Shown piece after piece: positions 8,223 to 17,715 of a stretch of DNA of 38,804 nt (its first letter is position 1; the number at the start of each line of letters is the position of its first letter). The notes beneath the pieces were generated by a model. It did no database searches and was not told the origin of the DNA. It saw nothing but the letters and a program-made list of their open reading frames with translations. The translations under genes were made by a program, and so were the position numbers. The DNA is taken from NCBI GenBank assembly GCA_964560535.1, contig CAZLMD010000009.1, positions 1 through 38,804 on the forward strand, read 5' to 3'. The stretch is from an uncultured Atribacterota bacterium (GTDB lineage: Bacteria; Atribacterota; Phoenicimicrobiia; Phoenicimicrobiales; Stramentimicrobiaceae).

Positions 8223-9946
8223 GCTATCTGAATATAAAAAACTTTGCTTTAATTGATGAATTGAGCGTTGAGTTTGATAAAGGTTTAAACGTAATAACCG
8301 GCGAGACAGGGGCAGGTAAGTCAATGATAATAGAAGCTATAAATGTCATCCTGGGTGCTTCGATTAAGCAAAGTTGGATTAAAGATGAAAACGAAATATT
8401 AGAAGTCGAAGCTTTATTCTATCTCGATTCAATCTCTCAAAAACAATGGAAATTGTTACAAGGATTTAACACAATCAATCTCGAAGATAATCAGATTATC
8501 ATCAGGAGAGAGATACACCAGGCCAAAAGGAGTAAATGTTTTGTTAATAATCAATTGGTAACCCTTTCTCTAATTCAGAATATAGGAAATTATCTAATAG
8601 ACCTACATGGTCAGCATGAGCACCAATCCCTTTTAAACTCAAGATCTCATATTGATTTTGTAGATAACTTTGGTGATGAAAAATTTTTAGAAAAAAAAGA
8701 GCAACATTATACTTATTTTCAAAACTGGCAAGCAAAGGCAAAGCTGCTCAATGATAAAAAACAAAAATATACTGATACATTATCTAAAAAAGAATATTTG
8801 CTATTTCAACTTAAAGAAATAAATCAAGCCCAGCTAAAGGAAGAGGAAGATAAAAAATTAGAAGGAACACTAAATGTAATTAAGCATAATGCTAAAATTA
8901 AAGAAATTATGGAAAATGCTTATTCAGTATTATTTGAAAGTGCGGGTACCGCTGAAGGTGCTCCTGTTTATGATCTTCTAACAAGGATTATTAGTGATTT
9001 TAGAAATATATCACACATAGAAAGAAACATTGATAATATCAGAGAAACATTGATGGACGTGCAATTAAAAATAGAGGATATTTCTTCTCAGATTATGAAA
9101 TACAGTGATAATATAGACCTTGATATCCATCAATTGCAAGAGTTAGAGGAACGTCTTAATTTAATTAATCATCTAAAATATAAGTATGGAGCTAATATTA
9201 AAGATATTCTATCGTATCATAATAACTTGCAAGGACAGTTGGACGATATTGAGAGTGATCAAATGGAAATTGAAAGATTGAAAAAAGAGATTGTAGAACT
9301 TGAAAAAATATTGATTCAATTAGCCTTAGAACTAAGTGAGCAACGAAAATCGATTGCAAAAAAATTAGAACATAATATTATATCGGAATTAGTGGAACTA
9401 AATATGAAGGATTGTAATTTTGTCATACAGATTGAACAGAATGAATCTCAAAATGGTCTAACAATTGAAGAAAAGAAGATAGATATCACTCAAGATGGTA
9501 TTGATAAAATAGAGTTTTACATTTCCACTAATTCTGGAGAGAGAATAAAACCTTTAACCGAAATAGTTTCTGGTGGGGAAGTTTCCAGGATCATGTTGGG
9601 ATTAAAATCTATTCTGAGTAAGACAGAACAAATTCCTACTATGATTTTTGATGAGATCGATAGTGGGGTGGGAGCACGGCTAGGAGAGATTGTTGCACTA
9701 AAATTGGCTAAAATAGCCCAAGACAATCAGGTAATTACCGTTACCCATTTACCCCAAATTGCTGCACAAGCAAATCAGCATTTATATATTAATAAATGTG
9801 CTTCTAACAATAAAACTACAATAACTCTTAAAAGATTATCTGAGAATGAGCGGCTTTACGAGATTGCTAGAATGATTGATGGTGAAAAATATGGTTCCAT
9901 TAGTATTGAACATGCAAGGAAGATGTTAAATAAGAATGGTGTGTGA
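8216..9946 (+). CDS. recN: DNA repair protein RecN (SMC-like ATPase)
   Basis: 576 aa. Shows an N-terminal Walker A (GETGAGKS), a long coiled-coil middle, and a C-terminal signature plus Walker B (SGGEVSRIMLGLK ... MIFDEIDSGVG). The ATG overlaps the nadK 3' end. Confidence 0.93.
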   Translation: MLSYLNIKNFALIDELSVEFDKGLNVITGETGAGKSMIIEAINVILGASIKQSWIKDENEILEVEALFYLDSISQKQWKLLQGFNTINLEDNQIIIRREIHQAKRSKCFVNNQLVTLSLIQNIGNYLIDLHGQHEHQSLLNSRSHIDFVDNFGDEKFLEKKEQHYTYFQNWQAKAKLLNDKKQKYTDTLSKKEYLLFQLKEINQAQLKEEEDKKLEGTLNVIKHNAKIKEIMENAYSVLFESAGTAEGAPVYDLLTRIISDFRNISHIERNIDNIRETLMDVQLKIEDISSQIMKYSDNIDLDIHQLQELEERLNLINHLKYKYGANIKDILSYHNNLQGQLDDIESDQMEIERLKKEIVELEKILIQLALELSEQRKSIAKKLEHNIISELVELNMKDCNFVIQIEQNESQNGLTIEEKKIDITQDGIDKIEFYISTNSGERIKPLTEIVSGGEVSRIMLGLKSILSKTEQIPTMIFDEIDSGVGARLGEIVALKLAKIAQDNQVITVTHLPQIAAQANQHLYINKCASNNKTTITLKRLSENERLYEIARMIDGEKYGSISIEHARKMLNKNGV

Positions 9947-9950
9947 ATAG

Positions 9951-11420
9951 ATGGAAAGCAAGAAAAATAATGTTACTACCAGCACTCTTATGAAGGAAAT
10001 ATTTAAGCAAAAAGAAATTCTTAGTACTTTAAAAGCTATAATCAATTCTACCGGTGATGCCATTTCAGTGGTTGATGAAAAAGGTATCCATACAATAGTA
10101 AATGAAGCATATACAAAGTTAATTGGGTTAACCGAAAAAGATGTAATAGGAAAGTCTTATAATGTAGATATTGCTGAAGGGGAAAGTATGCATATGAAGG
10201 TTTTAAAAACAAAACAACCTGTGCATGGAGTAAAAATGAAGGTTGGCCCAAACAAAAAAGAAGTATTGGTAAACGTTGCACCTGTAATAGTGGATGGGAT
10301 TTTAAAAGGAAGTGTTGCAGTAATTCACGACCTCTCAGAAATTAGAAGTTTAACAGAAGAATTAAATCAAATAAAAAAGAGGGTTCGACATCTGGAGGCC
10401 AAATATACTTTTGATGATATTTTAGGAAAAAGTAGAGCGATGATAATTGCCAAAGATCAGGCTATCAAAGCGGCAAATACACCTGCTACTATTCTATTGT
10501 ATGGAGAGAGTGGAACGGGTAAGGAGCTTTTTGCTCATGCAATACATAACCATAGCAAAAGAAGAAACAAGCAGTTTATCAGGGTTAATTGCTCAGCGTT
10601 GACAGATACTTTGTTGGAAAGTGAACTTTTTGGGTATGAAGGAGGAGCCTTTACTGGAGCAAATAAAAAGGGTCGTAAGGGTCTTTTTGAGGAAGCTGAC
10701 CAGGGCACTATATTTCTTGATGAAATTGGTATGATGAGTTTAAATTTACAGTCGAAAATATTAAGGGTTTTGCAAGAAAAAGAAATTATCAGGGTTGGAA
10801 GTAGTGAGCCAAGATATATTGATGTAAGAATTATTTCTGCTACAAATACGAATTTGATTGAAGCTGTAAAAAAGGGAGAATTTAGAGAAGATTTATACTA
10901 TAGATTATATGTTATCCCGATTTTGATCCCTCCTTTAAGAGAAAGAAAAGAAGATATTCCCGTATTAGTGCACAATATTATAAGAAAATGTAATCAGGAG
11001 TTTGGCAGAAATATAAAAGATATTTCTAAAAAGGCAATAGATTCAATTTTACTATATTCCTGGCCGGGTAATATAAGAGAACTCGAGAATGTTATAGAAA
11101 GAGCAATAATAAATATGAAAGTAAATGAGGATATTTTAAAACACACTCATCTACCCGAACTTATTAGTTTGTCTAACAGGGAAATAAAAGGAGTAGAATA
11201 CAATGGCATTGATAGAATAACTGGAATCACTGATAATAAAACAGGTGGACTAGACAATTTAAAAAAAGAAACTGAAAAAGAAGCTATAATAAAAACGCTA
11301 AATATGTTCAATGGTAATTGTAAAAAAACGGCTAACTATTTAAGGATAAGCACCAGGTCTTTGTATTATAAAATTAAAAAATATAAAATTAAAAAAACTC
11401 ACGAATTTTCAAGTTATTAG
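9951..11420 (+). CDS. Sigma-54-dependent transcriptional activator (PAS sensor, AAA+ sigma-54 interaction domain and Fis-type HTH)
   Basis: 489 aa. Contains Walker A GESGTGKE, the GAFTGA loop (GGAFTGANKKG), ESELFGYE, and a C-terminal HTH (KTANYLRISTRSLYYKIKKY). Confidence 0.9.
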   Translation: MESKKNNVTTSTLMKEIFKQKEILSTLKAIINSTGDAISVVDEKGIHTIVNEAYTKLIGLTEKDVIGKSYNVDIAEGESMHMKVLKTKQPVHGVKMKVGPNKKEVLVNVAPVIVDGILKGSVAVIHDLSEIRSLTEELNQIKKRVRHLEAKYTFDDILGKSRAMIIAKDQAIKAANTPATILLYGESGTGKELFAHAIHNHSKRRNKQFIRVNCSALTDTLLESELFGYEGGAFTGANKKGRKGLFEEADQGTIFLDEIGMMSLNLQSKILRVLQEKEIIRVGSSEPRYIDVRIISATNTNLIEAVKKGEFREDLYYRLYVIPILIPPLRERKEDIPVLVHNIIRKCNQEFGRNIKDISKKAIDSILLYSWPGNIRELENVIERAIINMKVNEDILKHTHLPELISLSNREIKGVEYNGIDRITGITDNKTGGLDNLKKETEKEAIIKTLNMFNGNCKKTANYLRISTRSLYYKIKKYKIKKTHEFSSY

Positions 11421-11600
11421 CTTTTAATAAATGTAAAAAATAGCTATACTGCAAGATATTTCACTATTGTGCAATATTTGTAAAAAATTTCAAGTTTGCT
11501 GGAATGTTTTCATACTGATAAAATTAATGAATTATGATAAAATACTCAAATAATTTTCTAAGAATTGAAAGATACACAAGTAAAAGTAAGATAATCAATA

Positions 11601-11635
11601 AAAAGACCATTTTATACAAGATGGTCTTTTTTGTT
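11601..11635 (+). terminator. Rho-independent terminator of the activator gene
   Basis: The stem AAAGACCAT (11602-11610) / ATGGTCTTT (11621-11629) has a 10-nt loop and a T-rich tail. It ends directly against the -24 element. Confidence 0.75.
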
Positions 11636-11650
11636 TGGCACAATAATTGC
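11636..11650 (+). promoter_or_regulatory. Sigma-54 (-24/-12) promoter
   Basis: TGGCAC-aataa-TTGC fully matches the consensus TGGCAC-N5-TTGC. It lies 39 nt upstream of the GTG start of the first buk gene and just downstream of a sigma-54 activator gene. Confidence 0.8.
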
Positions 11651-11688
11651 TTAATATAAAATTAGAATATAGATTCCGAGGAGGACAT

Positions 11689-12780
11689 GTGAATAAAAAG
11701 ATAGATTTTAAACTCCTAGTAATAAATCCTGGTTCAACATCAACTACTATGTCAATTTTTCATGGGGACAAAGAAATATTTTGTAAAACTATACGCCATA
11801 GTTTAGATTCATTAAAAAAATATGAAAAACTAATGGACCAGTTGGAATTCAGGGAACAAATTATAATAAAAATATTAGAACAAAATAAGACACCGCTCAA
11901 GGACTTCGATGCAATAGTAGCCAGAGGTGGTATTTTAAGCCCTTTGACAAGTGGGACCTATTATATAAATGAAGGTATGCTAGAAGAGCTAAGAGAGAGG
12001 CCAAGGGTTGAACATGCCTCTAATCTTGCGGCACAAATAGCTTTTGAATTAGCCCAAAGAATTAAGGTGCCTTCTTTTATAGTAGATCCGGTAGCAGTTG
12101 ATGAAATGGATGATATAGCTAGAATATCCGGTCTTCCTGAAATACACAGAGAAAGCCTTTCACATGCACTAAGCTTAAAGGCTGCTGCCAAAAGAGCTGC
12201 TCAAGATATTGATAAGCCCTATCAGGATATAAACTTGATTGTAGTACATATTGGAGGAGGAATCTCTATCAGTGCCCACAAAAAGGGTAAAATGATTGAT
12301 GTCAACAATGCCAGCAGTGAAGGACCTTTTTCTTCCGAAAGATCAGGCAGTTTACCCATACTTGAGCTAATTAGTATGTGTTTTTCTGGCAAATATACAC
12401 ATAAAGAAATGAAAGACAAAGTTATGGGTAAAGGCGGTATCGTTGCTTACCTGGGAACGAACAATTTATTAGAGGTAGAAGAATTAATATTTAATGGCAA
12501 TAAAGAAGCTGAATTAATTTATAGAGCAATGGCTTATCAGATTGCCAAAGGTATCGGAGAAATGGCAACAGTACTAAAAGGTAATGTTGACCGAATAGTT
12601 ATAACTGGAAATGGTGCGGGAGATAAAGGAGCATTAGTCCATACATTTGTAAACTGGATTAGAGAGTGTGTTGAATTTATTGCACCTATTAAAGTTTATC
12701 CTGGTAGTGAAGAAATGAAAGCACTGGCAATGGGTGCTTTAAGAGTTTTGGCAGGAGAAGAAAAAGCAAAAATTTATTAA
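11689..12780 (+). CDS. buk: Butyrate (branched-chain acyl) kinase, paralog 1
   Basis: Contains the acetate/butyrate kinase motifs INPGSTST, EHASNL, VVHIGGGIS and GPFSSERSG. I moved the start to GTG 11689, which has a GAGGAGG RBS. The ORF-track TTG at 11647 lies inside the sigma-54 promoter. Confidence 0.88.
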   Translation: MNKKIDFKLLVINPGSTSTTMSIFHGDKEIFCKTIRHSLDSLKKYEKLMDQLEFREQIIIKILEQNKTPLKDFDAIVARGGILSPLTSGTYYINEGMLEELRERPRVEHASNLAAQIAFELAQRIKVPSFIVDPVAVDEMDDIARISGLPEIHRESLSHALSLKAAAKRAAQDIDKPYQDINLIVVHIGGGISISAHKKGKMIDVNNASSEGPFSSERSGSLPILELISMCFSGKYTHKEMKDKVMGKGGIVAYLGTNNLLEVEELIFNGNKEAELIYRAMAYQIAKGIGEMATVLKGNVDRIVITGNGAGDKGALVHTFVNWIRECVEFIAPIKVYPGSEEMKALAMGALRVLAGEEKAKIY

Positions 12781-12872
12781 CAATATCTAACCCATATTTA
12801 TTATATCCTTGCTTAATCTTCTAATTTGTTTTGTTTAATTTTCTTAATTTTAAAAATAGAGGTAAATTAAGA

Positions 12873-13784
12873 ATGTTAAAAACGTTTGATGAAGTAATCA
12901 AGAAGGCTATACAGTATGGCCCAAAAAGAATATCTGTAGCTGTATCACAAGCTGAAGATGTAATGGTGGCTATTGAAACTGCTAGAAAAATGGGATTGAT
13001 TAATGGAATATTGGTTGGAGATAAAACGGAAACTGTAAAAGTTTGTAAAAAGTTAAATATAAGTCCTTCAGACTATGAAATCATCAATGAAACAGACAAG
13101 ACTGAATCTGCCAGGATAGCAGTTAAATTAATCAGGGAAAAGAAAGCCGAACTATTAATGAAAGGAATGCTTGGATCTGACAGAATATTAAGGGCTGTTT
13201 TGGATAAAGAGAATGGTCTACGGACACAAAGATTGTTAAGCCATGCTTATGTATTAAAATTAAAAAAATATGGTAAATTGCTTACAGTTACAGATGGAGC
13301 CATGAATATCGCACCAAGCTTGGAACAAAAAGTTCAGATCATACAAAACATTATTGAATTCTGTCAATGTTTAGAAATAAAAAATCCAAAAATAGCTATA
13401 CTTGCTGCTGTGGAAACAGTCAATCCTAATATGAAAGCAAGCATAGATGCAGCTTGTCTATCTAAAATGGCTGAGAGAGGACAAATTAATGGCGGAATTG
13501 TTGATGGACCATTAGCCTTTGATAATGCAATTTCCAAAGAAGCCGCCTTTCATAAAGGCATTAATTCCCCGGTAAGCGGTGAAGTAGATGCGGTAGTAGT
13601 TCCAGAAATTGAAACAGGAAATATATTTGCCAAAGGACTAGTTTATTTAGGAGAAGCAGAGCCAGCGGGGGTAATACTGGGAACTGCAGCCCCCGTTATC
13701 CTGGTATCACGTTCTGACAGCCCGGTATCTAAGGTTAGATCCATAGCCCTGGGTATACTGATGAGTGTTAAAACTAAAAAATAA
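12873..13784 (+). CDS. ptb: Phosphate butyryltransferase / phosphate acyltransferase
   Basis: The PTA_PTB-type sequence is flanked by two buk genes: MLKTFDEVIKKA..., LLMKGMLGS, ETGNIFAKGL and SRSDS. Start chosen at ATG 12873 after an AGAGG RBS. Confidence 0.88.
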   Translation: MLKTFDEVIKKAIQYGPKRISVAVSQAEDVMVAIETARKMGLINGILVGDKTETVKVCKKLNISPSDYEIINETDKTESARIAVKLIREKKAELLMKGMLGSDRILRAVLDKENGLRTQRLLSHAYVLKLKKYGKLLTVTDGAMNIAPSLEQKVQIIQNIIEFCQCLEIKNPKIAILAAVETVNPNMKASIDAACLSKMAERGQINGGIVDGPLAFDNAISKEAAFHKGINSPVSGEVDAVVVPEIETGNIFAKGLVYLGEAEPAGVILGTAAPVILVSRSDSPVSKVRSIALGILMSVKTKK

Positions 13785-13795
13785 TACATTTTTGG

Positions 13796-14878
13796 GTGAA
13801 TATTTTGAAAAAATATTTCCATATATTTGTTATTAATCCTGGTTCAACATCGACAAAATTGGCATTATATAAAAATGAAATTAAGTTATTTTCTGAAACC
13901 ATAACCCATTCCAGTGTTTCCCTACAACAATATGAGAATATAATAGGTCAATATGAATTTAGGAAAAATGTGATAATGAATTTTTTAAAAAATAAATCCA
14001 TTGATCTTAATACTATTGATGCCATTGTTGGAAGGGGTGGTCTTTTAAGACCTTTGGTTAGTGGTACTTATCGAATTAGCCAAAAAATGATCAACCATCT
14101 GCGCAAAGGTTTGTTTGGTGAACATGCCTCTAATCTCGGTGCTGTTTTAGCCTATAAGATATTCAACAGTCATTCTATACCTACTTATATTGTTGATCCG
14201 GTAGTAGTAGATGAAATGAGTGAAATTGCACGTATATCAGGCATACCTCTTCTTCCGAGAAAAAGTATTTTCCACGCATTAAACCAAAAGGCAGTAGCGC
14301 GAAAGGCAGCTACTGATTTAGGAAAAAATTATCATGATGTTAATCTTATAGTAGTGCACCTGGGTGGTGGGATATCTATAGGAATACATGAGAAAGGTAA
14401 GGTAGTCGATGTTAATAATGCCTTAGATGGCGAAGGCCCCTTTTCTCCGGAAAGAAGTGGAACAGTACCAGTAGGAGACTTGGTTAAACTATGTTTTTCT
14501 GGTAAGTATTCACAAAATGAGATTAATTCAATGATAAAAGGGAAAGGAGGTTTAATTTCTTATTTAAATTCTAATGATGTAATGCTTATAACGAAAAAGA
14601 TAAAGGCTGGTAATAAAGAGGCAAAGTTTATACTGGAAGCAATGGCTTATCAAATATCTAAACAGATTGGTGAAGGAGCTACTGTGCTAAAAGGTAATGT
14701 TGATGCAATTGTTTTAACAGGAGGGATATCACATTCTCATTATATTGTTGAAATGATTAAGGATCGTGTAAGCTTTATTTCATTAGTTATGGTTTACCCT
14801 GGTGAAGAAGAAATGCTTTCATTATGCCAGGGAGTCTTAAGAGTATTAAGAAGAGAAGAGGAGGAAAAAACTTATTGA
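13796..14878 (+). CDS. buk: Butyrate (branched-chain acyl) kinase, paralog 2
   Basis: 360 aa with INPGSTST, EHASNL, VVHLGGGIS, GPFSPERSG and VLTGGISHS motifs. Confidence 0.9.
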   Translation: MNILKKYFHIFVINPGSTSTKLALYKNEIKLFSETITHSSVSLQQYENIIGQYEFRKNVIMNFLKNKSIDLNTIDAIVGRGGLLRPLVSGTYRISQKMINHLRKGLFGEHASNLGAVLAYKIFNSHSIPTYIVDPVVVDEMSEIARISGIPLLPRKSIFHALNQKAVARKAATDLGKNYHDVNLIVVHLGGGISIGIHEKGKVVDVNNALDGEGPFSPERSGTVPVGDLVKLCFSGKYSQNEINSMIKGKGGLISYLNSNDVMLITKKIKAGNKEAKFILEAMAYQISKQIGEGATVLKGNVDAIVLTGGISHSHYIVEMIKDRVSFISLVMVYPGEEEMLSLCQGVLRVLRREEEEKTY

Positions 14879-15564
14879 AAAGTAAAATAGTTATATTTAC
14901 TGGAAGCTTTGGTAGCGGAAAGACAGAAATAGCTATTAACCAATCAATAGATGCACTAAAAAGAAAAGAAAAAGTAATTCTTGCAGATCTAGATATTGTT
15001 AACCCTTATTTTCGTTCAAGAGATATGAGGGATAAATTGAAGAAAATTGGTATAGAAGTTGTAGCACCACAAGGTAAACTGGTTTTTGCTGATTTCCCAG
15101 TAATTCCACCTGAAATCAAAGGAATGATCCAGGGGGAAAATCATAGACTGTTTATTGATTTAGGAGGAGATGATGTTGGGGCTAGATCGATTGCCGGTTT
15201 TTACAATATACTAAAAGATATTGAATACGAGATGATAATGGTCATAAATCCATATCGACCTTTTACTCAAAATACTGAAGAAATCACTAAACTATTAAAG
15301 GCAATCGAGATATCTTCCCGCTTACAAGTCAATAGTCTGATAAGTAATCCTCATTTAGAAGAACAAACAAACCTCGAAATAATTATGAAAGGACACGATG
15401 TAATAAAAAAAGTGTCTGAGCAGTTAAATTTACCGATTAAATATCTAGTTATAGAAGAATCAATTCATCATAGTATTGGCAGGCCTAGCTTTACAGAAAA
15501 TATTTTAAACATTAGCAGGTATATGAATTTACCCTGGGATGAATCAGAAAATAGGATAAGATAG
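14875..15564 (+). CDS. Uncharacterised P-loop NTPase (MinD/ParA/CooC-like, SIMIBI class)
   Basis: About 229 aa if it starts at TTG 14875. That TTG overlaps the buk stop (TTGA) and follows a GAGGAGGA RBS. A deviant Walker A (GSFGSGKTE) and a Walker-B-like FIDLGGDD are present. Confidence 0.65.
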   Translation: MKSKIVIFTGSFGSGKTEIAINQSIDALKRKEKVILADLDIVNPYFRSRDMRDKLKKIGIEVVAPQGKLVFADFPVIPPEIKGMIQGENHRLFIDLGGDDVGARSIAGFYNILKDIEYEMIMVINPYRPFTQNTEEITKLLKAIEISSRLQVNSLISNPHLEEQTNLEIIMKGHDVIKKVSEQLNLPIKYLVIEESIHHSIGRPSFTENILNISRYMNLPWDESENRIR

Positions 15565-15605
15565 ATTTTCGTATTTTAAAGTGAAGTATAGAGAAGGAGG
15601 GTTTT

Positions 15606-15809
15606 GTGGCAAAAGTAGTTATTGATAGGGAAAGATGTAAAGGTTGTGAATTATGTACTTTGGTGTGTCCTCAAAAAATTATGATAATATCAAATACATT
15701 TAATAAAAAAAGTTACCATCCTGCTGAACAAATAAATCCAGAAAAATGTACCGGATGTGCTTTTTGTGCAATGACCTGTCCGGATGTGGCTATTGAAGTA
15801 TATAAATGA
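15606..15809 (+). CDS. 4Fe-4S dicluster ferredoxin-type delta subunit of 2-oxoacid:ferredoxin oxidoreductase
   Basis: 67 aa with two CxxCxxCxxxCP motifs (CKGCELCTLVCP and CTGCAFCAMTCP). GTG start follows a GAAGGAGG RBS. Confidence 0.85.
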   Translation: MAKVVIDRERCKGCELCTLVCPQKIMIISNTFNKKSYHPAEQINPEKCTGCAFCAMTCPDVAIEVYK

Positions 15810-15853
15810 CAATCCTTGGTGGTTCAAACTAAATAATTAAAGGAGGGTTTTCA

Positions 15854-16909
15854 ATGGAAGAAAGATTGTTGATGAAAGGAAATGAAGCAATTGGAGAAGC
15901 TGCTATTCACGCTGGATGCCGTTATTACTTTGGATATCCCATCACTCCTCAAAGTGAATTGACCGCATATATGGCAAAGCGTTTGTTAAAAATTGACAAT
16001 GCTGCCTTCATTCAGGCTGAAAGTGAAATAGCTGCAATTAATATGGTATACGGAGCATCAGCGGCTGGTGGCAGAGTAATGACATCTTCATCCAGTCCAG
16101 GAATTAGTCTTAAACAAGAAGGGATATCCTATCTGGCTTGTGCTGAATTACCCTGTGTAATAGTTAACATAATGAGGGGAGGCCCTGGTTTGGGTTCTAT
16201 TCAGCCTGCACAGGGAGATTATTTTCAGGCTACTAAAGGGGGTGGGCATGGAGATTACCGATTAATTGTTCTTGCTCCATCCTCAGTACAAGAGCTGGTT
16301 GACCTGACCATTAGAGCATTTGACCTTGCCGATAAATATCGCAACCCCGCTATGATTTTAGGAGATGGATTATTGGGACAAATGATGGAACCAGTCCAAT
16401 TTAAAGTATATGATGAAAAAAATATTCCTTTAAAAGATGATTGGGCACTGGGTTCTAGCCAAAAAAGAGAGCCGAGGAGGATAGTGCCTTTTAGCTTAGA
16501 TCCAGATGAGCTGGAAAAAATGGTAAATAAAATTGGATTAAAATATAAGGAAATGCAAAAAGAAATTGAGTATGAAACGGTAAATGTTGATAATGCAGAT
16601 ATAATCATAGTTGCTTATGGCAGTATAGCCAGAGTTGCTAAGACCACTATTCAAAAAGCAAAAAAAGAAGGAATAAATATTGGATTAATCAGGCCTATTA
16701 CTCTTTATCCATTTCCCTATGCAATAATAGAAGATCTAGCTGATAAAGTAGATAAAATCCTGGTGACAGAGATGAGTTTAGGTCAGATGGTAGATGATGT
16801 TAAAATAGCTGTGAAGGGCAAAACAAATGTTAGTTTTTATGGACGAACAGGAGGAGTGATAATCACTCCAGAAGAAATCCTTAAAGAGGTAAAAAAGATA
16901 TTAAAATAA
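15854..16909 (+). CDS. 2-oxoacid:ferredoxin oxidoreductase alpha subunit (VorB/KorA-like)
   Basis: 351 aa. The N-terminus LMKGNEAIGEAAIHAGCRYYFGYPITPQSE is typical of OFOR alpha subunits. Confidence 0.9.
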   Translation: MEERLLMKGNEAIGEAAIHAGCRYYFGYPITPQSELTAYMAKRLLKIDNAAFIQAESEIAAINMVYGASAAGGRVMTSSSSPGISLKQEGISYLACAELPCVIVNIMRGGPGLGSIQPAQGDYFQATKGGGHGDYRLIVLAPSSVQELVDLTIRAFDLADKYRNPAMILGDGLLGQMMEPVQFKVYDEKNIPLKDDWALGSSQKREPRRIVPFSLDPDELEKMVNKIGLKYKEMQKEIEYETVNVDNADIIIVAYGSIARVAKTTIQKAKKEGINIGLIRPITLYPFPYAIIEDLADKVDKILVTEMSLGQMVDDVKIAVKGKTNVSFYGRTGGVIITPEEILKEVKKILK

Positions 16910-16968
16910 TTTTAATAATAAAAGATTATGAAAAGCTTATTAAAAGAAAATATGGGGGTTAAAAATTG

Positions 16969-17715
16969 ATGAAAAAAGTATTTTCCAAACCCAGATCTTT
17001 AACAGAAGTACCTTTCACATATTGTCCTGGCTGCCATCATGGCATTATCCACCGTTTAGTAGCTGAATCAATGGATGACTTGAATATAGCTAAAGATACA
17101 ATAGGCGTTGCCCCAGTTGGCTGTTCTGTATTTGCCTATCTTTTTTTTGACTGTGATATGATTGTTGCTGCACATGGCAGAGCTCCTGCTACTGCCACTG
17201 GAATAAAAAGGGTAAAACCCGAAAATATTGTTTTTACTTATCAGGGAGATGGAGATCTGGCTTCTATAGGAACTGCTGAAATTATCCATGCTGCAAATCG
17301 TGGCGAAAAAATAACCGTAATATTTGTTAATAATGCCACATATGGGATGACTGGAGGTCAGATGGCGCCAACTACATTAGAAGGGCAAATAACTCAAACC
17401 TCTCCTTATGGACGCGATCCAAAAACTATGGGAATGCCAATTCGCATGTGTGAGTTACTCACTACTTTGAATAGTCCTGCTTATATATGCCGAGTTGCCC
17501 TAACAAAACCGGCATACCTAATTAAAGCTAAAAAAGCAATAAAAAAAGCTTTTCAGTATCAGCTTGATGGTAAAGGATTTTCTTTGGTAGAAGTACTTTC
17601 TACCTGCCCAACAAACTGGGGGTTAAGCCCTAAAGAATCAAATATATGGTTAGAAGAAAACATGATACCTTATTACCCTTTAGGGGAATTTAAAACGATT
17701 GAGGGGGTATCTTAA
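16969..17715 (+). CDS. 2-oxoacid:ferredoxin oxidoreductase beta subunit (TPP-binding)
   Basis: Contains CPGCHHG and the TPP motif GDGDLASIG ... [11 protein letters not shown]. Start set at ATG 16969, one codon after the ORF-track TTG. Confidence 0.9.
   Translation: MKKVFSKPRSLTEVPFTYCPGCHHGIIHRLVAESMDDLNIAKDTIGVAPVGCSVFAYLFFDCDMIVAAHGRAPATATGIKRVKPENIVFTYQGDGDLASIGTAEIIHAANRGEKITVIFVNNATYGMTGGQMAPTTLEGQITQTSPYGRDPKTMGMPIRMCELLTTLNSPAYICRVALTKPAYLIKAKKAIKKAFQYQLDGKGFSLVEVLSTCPTNWGLSPKESNIWLEENMIPYYPLGEFKTIEGVS

Noticed and set aside
11405-11497. Direct repeats TTCAAGTT (about 11408 and 11490) and TGCAAGATATTT / TGCAATATTTG (about 11451 and 11470) as enhancer (UAS) sites for the sigma-54 activator
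   Set aside because: They lie in a plausible location (140-230 nt upstream of the -24/-12 promoter). However, they are short AT-rich repeats without clear dyad symmetry, so I cannot separate them from background.
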